This document shows positions 1 through 9,078 of a stretch of DNA of 64,000 nt, in pieces (positions within the stretch are counted from its first letter, which is position 1; each line of letters starts with the position of its first letter). The position numbers and the translations under genes are program-made. Source of the stretch: Ignavibacteriota bacterium. Its GTDB lineage: Bacteria; Bacteroidota; Ignavibacteria; UBA10030; CAVZMI01. Below the pieces are notes generated by a model. That model did not search any database, was not told where the DNA came from, and was given only the letters and a program-made list of their open reading frames with translations. The stretch lies in assembly GCA_963776275.1 (NCBI GenBank), contig CAVZMI010000032.1, forward strand, positions 41,704 through 105,703, given 5' to 3'.

Positions 1-19
1 GATCACAGGTTCATATTTA

Positions 20-1720
20 ATGAACAGCGATACGGAACAAAATCCAAGGTTTAAAACAATACAGCTCGAACCTAACAACCCGATTGGTGTAGCGAAAGGA
101 ATATTTCCCGGTCGTGTAGTATGGGTACATAATCCCGATGCGACAAATGAAGACTGTATTGTTGATGCACCTGGTCATGGCTGGTACATGAGTGAAAATA
201 TGGATCAGTCCGTCGTGGATGGAATGGTTTCTTCCGCTTTGCAGAACCTGACCGGAGAGACAAGTGACAGCGCAGCGTGGAGGGCGATATTCCAGTATCA
301 CAACACGACCCGGGGAAAAGGAGCTGTTAACTATATCCCTGGACAGAAGGTGTTTATTAAAATAAACGCAACGAGCAGCTATAGTTTTTATCCCGATAGT
401 TTAACACCTACTGCATATGTCTCCGAAACATCATCAGCGACTGTTCTTGCAGTTTTACGCCAGCTTGTCAATGTCGTTGGTGTTGCACAGAGCGATATTT
501 ACATCGGCGATCCGATGAAGCATATCTATAAACACTTATACGATGTATGGCACGGAGAATTTCCGAATGTCCATTATCTCGATAATACTGGTTTCTATAC
601 AAAACTGGGAAGAGAACAAGCAATTAAAAGTACAACTGCCGTCATACATTACTCAGATCATGGAACGATTTTACGTGCAAATGTCTGGGATCCCGGAAGA
701 ACTGGTGGAGCTCCCATCTATAATGATCACCTCTATACTATCCTTGATAGTGCTGAATATCTGATCAATATTCCAATGCTTAAGGGACACAAGCGTGCCG
801 GAATGACGATGTTTGCAAAAAATCATTTTGGCTCACAGACACGGGGCGATGCATCTCATTTACATAACGGACTGCTTGCTCCAATGGAAATGGAGAATAG
901 TGCCACACGAATACGGCCCGGATACGAATTATACCGCATTCAAGTTGATATAATGTCGCATTCATTGGAAGGCAAAAAGAATCTTGTTTACTTAATGGAT
1001 GCATTATGGGCTACCGATTATGAGCTCGATGTACCGATAAAATGGCAGATGGCTCCTTTCTATGATGATTATATGTCATCCGTATTTGCATCACTCGACC
1101 CAGTTGCTATCGAATCGGTCGGTTATGATTTTCTACGTTCCGAGTTTACAGCAGAACGCAGTCCATTAGCAGGTACTTATGTGCAAATGGATGGAGTCGA
1201 CGATTACCTTCATCAGGCGGCAGATTCGACAAATTGGCCAACGGGCACTAAATATGATCCGGATAGCACCGGCGTCCATATCTATAGTCTCGGCGTTCAT
1301 GAACACTGGAATAATTCCGATGACAAGCAATATTCAAGGGACCTGGGAACAGGTTACGGTATCGAATTACTCCAAGTTGATACGACTACTTCTATCGCCA
1401 TGGATAATCAAGGAAATCGTCCAAAAGGATATGAGCTCTATCAAAATTATCCTAATCCATTTAATCCCACTACGACGATAGCCTATTCATTACCCAAAAA
1501 ATCATCGGTTGAAGTAACAATTTACGATCTGCAGGGACGTGCAATAAAGTCATTCAATTACAACTCACAATCGGCGGGGTATCAAAGAGTTGTATGGAAT
1601 GGGACAAATAATTATAGCAAACATGTATCGAGCGGAATCTATATATACAGGGTACGAGCTTCATCGCTGGAAGATGGAAATATATTCGATAAGTCGGCAA
1701 AGATGATCCTGTTGAAATAA
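20..1720 (+). CDS. Secreted DUF362-like protein with T9SS C-terminal sorting domain; probably 5'-truncated by the window edge
   Basis: 566-aa ORF whose frame stays open back to nt 2. Blocks GRVVWVHNP, KVFIKINATS and IPMLKGHKRAGMTMFAKNHFG resemble DUF362 (PF04015). The last ~95 aa (YPNPFNPTTTI...KMILLK) are a type-A T9SS CTD. Paralog of 5927..7897, which carries an extra N-terminal hydrophobic region. Confidence 0.7.
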   Translation: MNSDTEQNPRFKTIQLEPNNPIGVAKGIFPGRVVWVHNPDATNEDCIVDAPGHGWYMSENMDQSVVDGMVSSALQNLTGETSDSAAWRAIFQYHNTTRGKGAVNYIPGQKVFIKINATSSYSFYPDSLTPTAYVSETSSATVLAVLRQLVNVVGVAQSDIYIGDPMKHIYKHLYDVWHGEFPNVHYLDNTGFYTKLGREQAIKSTTAVIHYSDHGTILRANVWDPGRTGGAPIYNDHLYTILDSAEYLINIPMLKGHKRAGMTMFAKNHFGSQTRGDASHLHNGLLAPMEMENSATRIRPGYELYRIQVDIMSHSLEGKKNLVYLMDALWATDYELDVPIKWQMAPFYDDYMSSVFASLDPVAIESVGYDFLRSEFTAERSPLAGTYVQMDGVDDYLHQAADSTNWPTGTKYDPDSTGVHIYSLGVHEHWNNSDDKQYSRDLGTGYGIELLQVDTTTSIAMDNQGNRPKGYELYQNYPNPFNPTTTIAYSLPKKSSVEVTIYDLQGRAIKSFNYNSQSAGYQRVVWNGTNNYSKHVSSGIYIYRVRASSLEDGNIFDKSAKMILLK

Positions 1721-1853
1721 TATTTCTCAAGTTAAGTCAGAATTCTTTGAAGCCGGAGGATATTCAATGATCCACAACCATCCTGCGGCTTCAGAATTTT
1801 GACCCGTTATCTTCCAATCTTAAAAATACAGTAATATTATCGGATGGGATCAT

Positions 1854-3482
1854 ATGCGAAAGACAATTATTCTTGCAGCTTGTTTCGTTTCTGCACTCCT
1901 TCACGCTCAAACACCGGACGTCACCATTGATACGGTTTCCAATTATAACTCGTGGGTATGGAAGGCAATCGTTATGCAGAACGGTCTCGTCACGCACGCC
2001 ACAATACCGGCTATCGGCGGCCGCGTGATGCAGTACGATTTAGGAAGCCATCCTTCAATCTTCGTCAATCCCTCATTGGACCTACTTGGAAAAACCTTCA
2101 AACCAGCTCTGAACGATAAATGGTACAATTTCGGAGGATACAAAACTTGGCCCGCACCTCAAAGTGTATGGAATTGGCCACCACCACCTACTCTTGATTA
2201 TGGTTCATATACTGCAAACAGCATGCTTCAATCGTATGATTCAGTCTCTTTAACTGTTACAAGTCCGATCGAATCGTGGCGTGCACCGAACATCCAATTC
2301 CAACGCAGGGCAACGATATATCCCGGAACCAGCCGCGTGAAGATGGAGCAAACCATCATCAATCAAGGTGCACAACCAGTGAGCTGGAGCATGTGGAGCA
2401 TCGTACAATCAATCGTCAACCATTCCGGTAAAAGCGATTACGAGAATTTCTGGGTGTACTTCCCGATTAATCCTAACAGTCGATACGGAGAAAGCGGAGT
2501 CTATTATTCAGCCGCCTCGAATTCATGGAAAGGAGAAGTTGCCCCGGGAATTTACGGTGTTCAATGTATGCCGGCCTACAGCAGCGATGTAAAAAAAATA
2601 TATTCTGATTCACACAAAGGATGGATCGCATATACCGATCGACTTGATTCCGTCGTCTATGCGAGGACGTTCGACATCTTCGAAGGGGCCGAATATCCGG
2701 ACAATGGATCCCGCTCTTCGGTGTACGTAAGCCCTCGCTATACTCCCGTCTATATGGAAGTAGAAGTCACCGGTCCCATAGTCGAACTTGCAGGCGGTGG
2801 AGGAAGCTATACTTTCACAGAAAATTGGTGGGCTGCGAAGATGCGGGCACCGGTATTGGATGTAAATACCGTCGGGGCAATTGCCGGCAGATTGTCATAC
2901 GATTCGGCGACACAAACCCTTTCAGCTGTCTATGGCGTATTCCATAAAGGCACGGCAAAGGTGGTGTTCACAAGCACTGACCATCAGATTGTTGCCGAAG
3001 GAGAAGCACATGACGTCACGCCGCTCCAGGAATTTCAATTTCAGGAAACAATTGCAATTCCAGAGGGTGCGGCAACAGCCGAAATACGGGTTTACAACTC
3101 AAATAAAGAATTGGTCGGCGTGCTGGATAGTGCAAGCGTTTCGCAGCCTGTAACCGTAATCGAGACAAAAGCACCTTCGTTAATTTCAGAGTATCGTCTT
3201 GAACCCAACTATCCCAATCCATTCAATCCCGGTACGACAATTACGTACACGCTGCCAAAAAAGTCATCGGTCGAAATCACAATCTACGATCTGCAGGGTC
3301 AAAAAATAAAATCATATACATATAATGCTCAGCCGGCAGGCTTTCAAAGAGTTATCTGGGATGGAACAACCGATCAAGGTAGTACGCTATCCAGCGGAGT
3401 ATTTATATACAGGGTAAGAGCGATATCCATGGAAGATGGAAAAATTTTTGATAAGTCGGCAAAGATGATTCTACTTAAGTAA
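1854..3482 (+). CDS. Secreted beta-sandwich protein (DUF4380 / aldose-epimerase-like, tentative) with T9SS CTD
   Basis: 542-aa ORF with signal peptide MRKTIILAACFVSALLHAQ. GGRVMQYDL and GGYKTWPAPQSVWNWPPPP blocks are reminiscent of DUF4380. C-terminal YPNPFNPGTTI...KMILLK. Confidence 0.55.
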   Translation: MRKTIILAACFVSALLHAQTPDVTIDTVSNYNSWVWKAIVMQNGLVTHATIPAIGGRVMQYDLGSHPSIFVNPSLDLLGKTFKPALNDKWYNFGGYKTWPAPQSVWNWPPPPTLDYGSYTANSMLQSYDSVSLTVTSPIESWRAPNIQFQRRATIYPGTSRVKMEQTIINQGAQPVSWSMWSIVQSIVNHSGKSDYENFWVYFPINPNSRYGESGVYYSAASNSWKGEVAPGIYGVQCMPAYSSDVKKIYSDSHKGWIAYTDRLDSVVYARTFDIFEGAEYPDNGSRSSVYVSPRYTPVYMEVEVTGPIVELAGGGGSYTFTENWWAAKMRAPVLDVNTVGAIAGRLSYDSATQTLSAVYGVFHKGTAKVVFTSTDHQIVAEGEAHDVTPLQEFQFQETIAIPEGAATAEIRVYNSNKELVGVLDSASVSQPVTVIETKAPSLISEYRLEPNYPNPFNPGTTITYTLPKKSSVEITIYDLQGQKIKSYTYNAQPAGFQRVIWDGTTDQGSTLSSGVFIYRVRAISMEDGKIFDKSAKMILLK

Positions 3483-3530
3483 TTCTCCGGATACCCAAAA
3501 AACACTTTTAAAAATCCAGAGAGAATAATA

Positions 3531-4621
3531 ATGAAAACGATAATTAATATCTTCACAATGAGCCTGGCACTGTTGTTCTTTGTTCAGCAGACATTCGCAC
3601 AGGATACCAAAGAAACAAAATTAAAAGAAATACGACACTGGTGGAATGAAGCTCAATTTGGAAAACGTTTTCAATATCCGGACGCCAGAAAGCTTCCACT
3701 GATATCGGTAAAAGGAAACAGATTCGTCAATTCTCGGGGCGATACCGTCCTTTTCAGGGGAATTTCAATTTCAGATCCCGACAAGCTCGAGACGCAGGGT
3801 CATTGGAATAAAAATCATTTCATGAAAATAAAAGAAATGGGTGCGCGAATTGTCCGTATCCCCGTTCATCCGGTCGCATGGCGGGAAAGTGCCCAGAAAA
3901 ATATCTCGCCCTGCTCGATCAGGCGTTGGAGTGGTGCACGGAACTGGATATGTACATCATTATCGATTGGCACACGATCGGGAATTTAAAAACGGAACTA
4001 TTTCAAAATCCGATGTACAACACAACGATGAAAGAAACGTTTGAATTCTGGCGTGCCGTCGCCGCCCGCTACGCTGGAATCAATACGATTCCCTTTTATG
4101 AAATTTTCAACGAACCGACCTCAATTCAGAATCGACTCGGACGCATAAGCTGGGATGAATGGAAAAAGATTAATGAAGATATTATTGCCCTGATCAGATC
4201 GTACAATAAAGAGAGCATACCATTGGTTGCACCCTTCGACTGGGCGTACGATCTCACTCCGCTGCACATTAATCCAATCGAAGCGGAAGGAATTGGATAC
4301 GTAACGCATCCTTATCCGGATAAAAGGTCGAAACCGTGGGAACCAAAGTGGGAGGAGGATTTCGGATTCGCTGCCAATCAATATCCGGTTATTGCCACTG
4401 AATTTGGATTCATGGGGAGTCATGGAGTTGTAAATGAATACAGTGATTATGGAGATAGGATCATCAAGTATCTCGAAGAAAAGGGTATAAGCTGGGTCGC
4501 ATGGATATTCGATCCGGAATGGGGCCCATCGTTGATTTCATCATGGGATACCTACAAACTGACTGAAAGCGGTGAATTTTTTAAAAAGGCAATGCAGGAT
4601 ACTACACACACAATTCATTAA
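3531..4621 (+). pseudogene. GH5 endoglucanase/mannanase-type glycoside hydrolase, split by a 1-nt frameshift
   Basis: ORF 3531..3989 (signal peptide, ...VRIPVHPVAW) continues in ORF 3878..4621 (EKYLALLDQALEW..YIIIDWH..FNEPT..ATEFG). Together they form one GH5 fold with NEP acid/base and a TEFG nucleophile region. The shift lies within about 3878-3897 (GGG 3883-3885 / CCC 3892-3894). Confidence 0.8.
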
Positions 4622-4635
4622 AATCTCCGGAGTAC

Positions 4636-5847
4636 ATGATGAAAATATTTTGTTTACTTCTCATAGTATTTCTCCCGTTCATCGCTGCAGCACAATCACC
4701 GATTCCACCCGGTGCGAAATTAGATACTGTGGTCTCTGGACTGTCTCAACTCGAAGGACCTGTCTGGAAAGACGGACTCGGATTGCTTTTCAGCGATATC
4801 GCCCGGAGCAGGATATACCTGTGGTCGCCTTCCGATAGTTCGACCACAATCTACCTCTACCCTTCAGACAGTTCCAACGGTTTGACCCTGGATGCTCAGG
4901 GACTACTTATCCTCACCCAAATGCAAAAGCGCCGGGTATCACGTCAGGAATCGAACGGAACTATCACTCCCCTCGCTTCAACATTTCGTGGGAAAAAATT
5001 TAACAGTCCGAACGACCTTGTGGTAAAATCCGATGGATCGATTTTTTTTACAGATCCCGATTTCAATATTCCGGCAGGTCAGACAAAGGAACTTAGTTTC
5101 AAGGGAGTATATAGAATAAGTCCTTCAGGTACTATTGCGCTTCTCGACAGTGTGTTTGATAAACCGAACGGTCTCTGCTTCTCGCCGGACGAGACACAAC
5201 TCTACGTCAATGAATCGCCCCAAGGGAAAATTTATGCCTGGGATGTTGTCAATGACTCAACCATTACAAACAAAAGGTTATTGTATACGATTCCGTTGGG
5301 CGGGTATTCTGACGGAATGAAAGTTGATCCTGAAGGGAATATTTACTGCACAGGACCGACCGGAGTGTGGATCATTTCACCGGACGGAGAATATCTCGAT
5401 AAAATCGCCACACCGCCAAATCATAATCCATCAAACTGCGCATGGGGCGATGCTGACAGAAAAACACTCTATATCACGACAGGTAATGCCACTCCGGGTA
5501 CTGGATTCATCTATCGAATCAGGCTCGCATCGGGTACAGGAATCGAAAATCATAGTTCTGTCATTCCCGACAAATTCGAGTTATATGCGAATTATCCCAA
5601 TCCATTCAACCCGAACACACAGATAGAATACGGTTTGCAGAAAGCGGCCCATGTCAATCTGACTATCTACAATATTAAAGGGCAGAAAGTGGAAACACTC
5701 GTCGATGGAGACCGTAACGCCGGAATCCACAAGCTCACCTGGAACGGCTCAAGCGTTCAAGGAAAAGAAATTGCCGGCGGTATATATCTGCTTCGGTTGC
5801 AGGCAGGCGAATCCCAGAAGATCCAAAAGTTGGTACTTTTAAAATGA
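4636..5847 (+). CDS. SMP-30/gluconolactonase/LRE-like six-bladed propeller with T9SS CTD
   Basis: Signal peptide present. Motifs LEGPVWKDG, NSPNDLVVKSDGSIFFTDP, PNGLCFSPDETQLYV and GGYSDGMKVD match the family. C-terminal YPNPFNPNTQI...LVLLK followed by a TGA stop. Confidence 0.85.
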   Translation: MMKIFCLLLIVFLPFIAAAQSPIPPGAKLDTVVSGLSQLEGPVWKDGLGLLFSDIARSRIYLWSPSDSSTTIYLYPSDSSNGLTLDAQGLLILTQMQKRRVSRQESNGTITPLASTFRGKKFNSPNDLVVKSDGSIFFTDPDFNIPAGQTKELSFKGVYRISPSGTIALLDSVFDKPNGLCFSPDETQLYVNESPQGKIYAWDVVNDSTITNKRLLYTIPLGGYSDGMKVDPEGNIYCTGPTGVWIISPDGEYLDKIATPPNHNPSNCAWGDADRKTLYITTGNATPGTGFIYRIRLASGTGIENHSSVIPDKFELYANYPNPFNPNTQIEYGLQKAAHVNLTIYNIKGQKVETLVDGDRNAGIHKLTWNGSSVQGKEIAGGIYLLRLQAGESQKIQKLVLLK

Positions 5848-5926
5848 AAAATTTTAAAATGCAATAAATATAAGGTATACTCCCGTATAGAGAAATGACA
5901 GATAGAACAATTATCCGAGAAAACCT

Positions 5927-7897
5927 ATGAAAAATATTTTTAGTAAATATTTTCGGTTCTGTCCTAGGACCGGAAGGCCGATAGACTCCAGACCGCTTAC
6001 TGGTTCATCACGTTTATTATTTCCACTCATAGGGCTAGCCGCCCTGTTGTGGATAATTATTCGTTTGGTTCCGAAACCAAGTCGTGCCGCATATCCATGC
6101 ATGCGAGCCGCAACACCGGTTGCATCATCATTTATCATCTATCTATTGGGCCTTATTTCATCGTTGGTTTTCTTTAAGAAGGCCAGGATATATCTCTATC
6201 AATCAAGAGTTATTCTATTTTCATTATCGTTATTGCTGGCGTTGATTTTTGGTATTTTTTCCTACGTAAACACAAATCAAAAAGTATATGCGGATTCCCA
6301 GTCGGTTCTGGAAGGCCCTAACCAATCGATAGGAATCGGGAAAGGAGTCTATCCCGGACGTGTTGTCTGGGTCCATAATCCCAATGCACTTAATCAGAGT
6401 TGTACAAATACTTACGGAGATTATTGGTCGCAGGATAATAACACCCATCAAACCGTGGTAAACAATATGGTATCCGAAGCGATACAAATGTTGACCGGCA
6501 AAGGATCAGATGTAGAGGCCTGGGATGCCATCTTCCGATATTATAATCAAACTCATGCGAGAGGAGATATTGGTTATACAGCCGGAGAAAAAATTGTCAT
6601 CAAGATTAATCTCAACACCGGAGTTTCAGGGAGTAATAACGTTCGAGTGAACTTTCAAACGGTTGATACATCGCCACAGATCCTCTATGCCGTTCTGGAT
6701 CAACTCATCAACCGCGCTGGGGTGGCACAAGCAGACATCAGTGCAGGTGATCCGGGTCGAAATATCGACAACCTGTACTGGGACAAATGCCATCCGATAT
6801 TTCCGAATGTAAAATATTTCGGTAACGGCACCGGCCGGACTCCAATAGTACGATCAACACTACCCGAATTGATGACCAGTGACGGCCAGATGCAAAATTA
6901 TTTACCGGCCGCTTACGTGGATGCAGCCTATTTGATCAATATTCCGGTGTTCAAGCAGCATCATCGCGCCGGCATATCACTATCGAGCAAAAATCATTTT
7001 GGAACATTGCTCCCCTACCTGAGTGGCGGCAGCGCTTTCCCTGCCCATTACAGTCTTCCATGTACACAGGGAAATGGCAATGTTGATAACGGCGGGTATG
7101 GTAAGTATCGTATTTTTGTCGATTTTATTGGGCATAAAGATCTCGGAGGAAAAACAATTCTCTACCTCTTTGATGCATTATGGAGTTCGACGAACTACGG
7201 TGATCCGCCTTGGAGGTGGAGAACGTCTCCCTTTAATACAAATTACCCTGCATCGGTATTTGCTTCACAAGACCCTGTGGCAATAGAATCAGTTGGTTTC
7301 GATTTTCTCCATAATGAGTTTTATGCAGGCAACCCAAGTGGGAATGCCTTTCCACAATATTCGGGTGTCGATGATTTCTTGCATCAGGCAGCCGATTCGC
7401 TGAATTGGCCGGCCACGATCAAATACGATCCGGAAGGTGACGGTACTTACCTGCCCCGAAGTATGGGTGTCCATGAACACTGGAATAATGCCGCCGATAA
7501 AAAATATACAAGGAATCTTGGAACAGGCGAAGGTATCGACTTGATAGAAGTAGAACATCCTTCCGATATCAATACAGGTGATAACGCCAATCATCTGAAT
7601 GAATATTTTCAACTCTACACAAATTATCCCAACCCATTCAATCCCGGCACAACGATAGTTTATACGTTACCCAAACAATCATCCGTTGAAGTGACGATTT
7701 ACGATTTGGAGGGACATGCAGCAAGAACATATACATTTAACGCACAATCGGCTGGTTATCAAAAAGTCGTGTGGGATGGAATAAATGATCTTGGTAGACC
7801 GGCATCCAGCGGAGTATATATGTACAGAGTGAGAGCCACCTCGCTGGAGGATGGAAAAATATTTGATAAATCGAAGAAAATGGTCTTGCTTAAATAG
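5927..7897 (+). CDS. DUF362-like protein with N-terminal multi-hydrophobic region and T9SS CTD
   Basis: 656 aa. The first ~115 aa hold 3-4 hydrophobic segments and PSRAAYPCMRAATP. DUF362-like blocks follow (GRVVWVHNP, KIVIKINLN, IPVFKQHHRAGISLSSKNHFG), then YPNPFNPGTTI...KMVLLK. Confidence 0.7.
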   Translation: MKNIFSKYFRFCPRTGRPIDSRPLTGSSRLLFPLIGLAALLWIIIRLVPKPSRAAYPCMRAATPVASSFIIYLLGLISSLVFFKKARIYLYQSRVILFSLSLLLALIFGIFSYVNTNQKVYADSQSVLEGPNQSIGIGKGVYPGRVVWVHNPNALNQSCTNTYGDYWSQDNNTHQTVVNNMVSEAIQMLTGKGSDVEAWDAIFRYYNQTHARGDIGYTAGEKIVIKINLNTGVSGSNNVRVNFQTVDTSPQILYAVLDQLINRAGVAQADISAGDPGRNIDNLYWDKCHPIFPNVKYFGNGTGRTPIVRSTLPELMTSDGQMQNYLPAAYVDAAYLINIPVFKQHHRAGISLSSKNHFGTLLPYLSGGSAFPAHYSLPCTQGNGNVDNGGYGKYRIFVDFIGHKDLGGKTILYLFDALWSSTNYGDPPWRWRTSPFNTNYPASVFASQDPVAIESVGFDFLHNEFYAGNPSGNAFPQYSGVDDFLHQAADSLNWPATIKYDPEGDGTYLPRSMGVHEHWNNAADKKYTRNLGTGEGIDLIEVEHPSDINTGDNANHLNEYFQLYTNYPNPFNPGTTIVYTLPKQSSVEVTIYDLEGHAARTYTFNAQSAGYQKVVWDGINDLGRPASSGVYMYRVRATSLEDGKIFDKSKKMVLLK

Positions 7898-7970
7898 GAT
7901 GATGTGATTTTCATAGCCGGACGGGTGAAGTTGTACCGTCCGGGTAATGGCGAATCGTTCCGGCCAAAAC

Positions 7971-9026
7971 TTATTTTAAAATCGGATAATGAATTTTTGG
8001 TTCTTTTACAGTGACCCATGGTAATTTATCTAATGTAAGGACTTCCTCACACTCGTAAATCGCCCGAAATGCCTGGAACCCTTGAAAGCCGCCTGCATCA
8101 CCCCAGGCCATAAACCATGTCCACCGCGGCTGTGCACGGAGGTTTTCGGGAGTTGGCACCGCACCAACTTCACCCAATGCAATCGGTTTGTCACCTGCCA
8201 GAGCTAAAAGCTGATCATAATCGTTTTGAGCATACCCGTTTCGATAGACATCCATCGCAAAAATATCAACTACATCCTGTCCCGGGAAATATTTGGCGAA
8301 CGGATCGAGATTTTCACGCAGCTCATTAGCATTGAACACCCAGATTAAATTGTTCAAGCCGTGAAAATTCACAAGCCGATCAAAAAGCATGCGATATAAT
8401 GTTTTATAGCCGCTTTCCCCTTCTTTCTTCCCCCACCAGAACCAATCGCCGTTCATTTCATGGTAAGGACGCCAGAGCACCGGTACGCCGGCATTCCTTA
8501 ATTGTTTCAGAAACCATGCAATCACATCAACCTGAGATTTCCAGCGCTCGTTGATCTCGGTTCCGGGTGTGATCAGATCCTGCCATTCCCGTTCTGTGAG
8601 TTTTCCCATAATAGATTGCTGGAAATCTACAGGCTCTTCTTCGATCGGACGTACCGCATGCCACATGAGTGTAATAATGAATCCTTCACTGTTTCTCCTG
8701 ATCGCTTCGTCCACAATCTGTTGACGGTAGTTGATGCCATCCCATGTTCCCGGTTCGCTGAATCCGAAATCCTGTCCGAAGACGGCAGGGTAGCGCTTAG
8801 TCATTTTCTGAACACCGGCGAGCCGTATAGAACCGTACAGCGGGTTACAGTGCTGACCCGTAAGCGTATGATTTCCGGAAATGCTGTATATATATTGCAG
8901 CAGTCTTACAGCTTCAGGTGATGGATTTGGCGTCACCGGCCTGACGGAATTATCACCGCTGAAGAGAGAGAATGTATTAAAAAATAATGCTAGATAAATT
9001 CCAGAGATTATTTTTATGGTACTCAA
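7971..9026 (-). CDS. GH26 beta-mannanase
   Basis: 351 aa with a TTG start and signal peptide. Contains MWHAVRP and the GH26 hallmark RPYHEMNGDWFWWG. Confidence 0.85.
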   Translation of the reverse strand: MSTIKIISGIYLALFFNTFSLFSGDNSVRPVTPNPSPEAVRLLQYIYSISGNHTLTGQHCNPLYGSIRLAGVQKMTKRYPAVFGQDFGFSEPGTWDGINYRQQIVDEAIRRNSEGFIITLMWHAVRPIEEEPVDFQQSIMGKLTEREWQDLITPGTEINERWKSQVDVIAWFLKQLRNAGVPVLWRPYHEMNGDWFWWGKKEGESGYKTLYRMLFDRLVNFHGLNNLIWVFNANELRENLDPFAKYFPGQDVVDIFAMDVYRNGYAQNDYDQLLALAGDKPIALGEVGAVPTPENLRAQPRWTWFMAWGDAGGFQGFQAFRAIYECEEVLTLDKLPWVTVKEPKIHYPILK

Positions 9027-9078
9027 GGATAAACCTCCTCTTATGAATAAATAACAGAATATTTTCGATCACAGATCT

